Assembly: GCA_963845755.1 (NCBI GenBank)
Contig: CAWJTV010000006.1
Span: forward strand, 1-64,000
Length of the DNA: 64,000 nucleotides
Reading direction: 5' to 3'
Source of the DNA: an uncultured Planctomycetota bacterium
GTDB taxonomy: Bacteria > Planctomycetota > Planctomycetia > Isosphaerales > Isosphaeraceae
A model generated the notes under the pieces. The model had not been told where the DNA came from and made no database searches. It saw only the letters and a list, made by a program, of their open reading frames with translations. A program made the position numbers and the translations under genes. Shown here in pieces: positions 63,263-64,000 of the stretch. Within the stretch, counting starts at the first letter, position 1. Every line of letters begins with the position of its first letter.

Positions 63263-64000
63263 ATGACCGAGCCGCCCGACCCGAATGAGTCGACCGAACT
63301 GCCTGTCGCCGATCCCAATGCCGAGTTGCCGGCCCCTGACGAGGCCCCGGAGCGGATCTCGCTGGCTGTGCGACTGGCGGTCCTCGTCGTCATCATCGTC
63401 CCACTCCTCGGTGTGGTGGCCGCCCCGTTCATCGTCTGGGGCTGGGGATTCCGCTGGACCGATCTGGGCCTCCTGTTGAGCCTGTACGTCTTGACCGCCC
63501 TGGGGATCACCGTCGGCTACCACCGGCTGTTCGTCCACCGCTCCTTCGAGACGAACATCGTGGTCAAGTTCGTCTTCGCCGTCCTCGGCTCGATGGCCGT
63601 CCAGGGGCCGCTCCTGATGTGGGTCGCCAAGCACCGCCGACACCACCAGCACGCCGACACGGCGGGCGACCCACATTCGCCCCACGGCCACGGCGCAGGC
63701 GTCCTCGGCGTCTTGCGAGGCGTCTGGCACGCCCATATCGGCTGGCTGTTCGATCCCGACCCGCCGGACCTCGACCGCTACGTCCGGGACTTGAGACGGA
63801 GTCGTGCCCTGCGGGTGGCGAACGTACTATTCCCCGTGTGGATCGCCCTCGGCCTGCTGATCCCGGCAGCCCTCGGGGGGCTGATGACGAGGACGTGGGC
63901 GGGCGCCTGGACGGGCCTCATCTGGGGTGGGGTGGTCCGCATCTTCCTCGTCCATCACGTGACGTGGAGCATCAATTCGGCCTGCCACCTCTGGGGCCTG
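63263..64000 (+). CDS. Acyl-CoA (delta-9-type) desaturase, runs off the window
   Basis: AAGGAGGT RBS; His boxes 'GYHRLFVH', 'KHRRHH', 'DPHSP'; TM helices. Confidence 0.92.
   Translation, partial: MTEPPDPNESTELPVADPNAELPAPDEAPERISLAVRLAVLVVIIVPLLGVVAAPFIVWGWGFRWTDLGLLLSLYVLTALGITVGYHRLFVHRSFETNIVVKFVFAVLGSMAVQGPLLMWVAKHRRHHQHADTAGDPHSPHGHGAGVLGVLRGVWHAHIGWLFDPDPPDLDRYVRDLRRSRALRVANVLFPVWIALGLLIPAALGGLMTRTWAGAWTGLIWGGVVRIFLVHHVTWSINSACHLWGL

Overview
GC-rich accessory region, probably from a planctomycete (inferred from LEPR-xLL secreted proteins, an ECF-sigma/Ser-Thr kinase pair and a DUF1257-DUF2997-AAA module). It is dominated by nested mobile DNA. Left: an ~11 kb minus-strand gene run typical of an integrated element (DUF1257, DUF2997, AAA ATPase, sigma-like protein, DUF3150-like protein, sliding-clamp-like protein). 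Centre (27.6-40.8 kb): two group II introns, a MITE, IS21, IS701, IS630 and IS1182 nested in one another, plus two ~2 kb large-serine-recombinase (LSR) elements. The main find is that both LSR elements are integrated precisely into conserved motifs of group II intron reverse transcriptase genes (PQGxx(I) and YFD). Their att sites lie inside their own ORFs, so circularisation would change gene structure: in element B an RBS+ATG at the right end joins in frame to a start-less ORF at the left end. Right: MetE-like gene plus hybrid histidine kinase, resolvase, IS1380, IS630s, a RIT element, an ORF-less group II twintron and the start of a desaturase. Many single-base frameshifts look like long-read assembly errors. 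All family names come from motif recognition by eye, not database searches.
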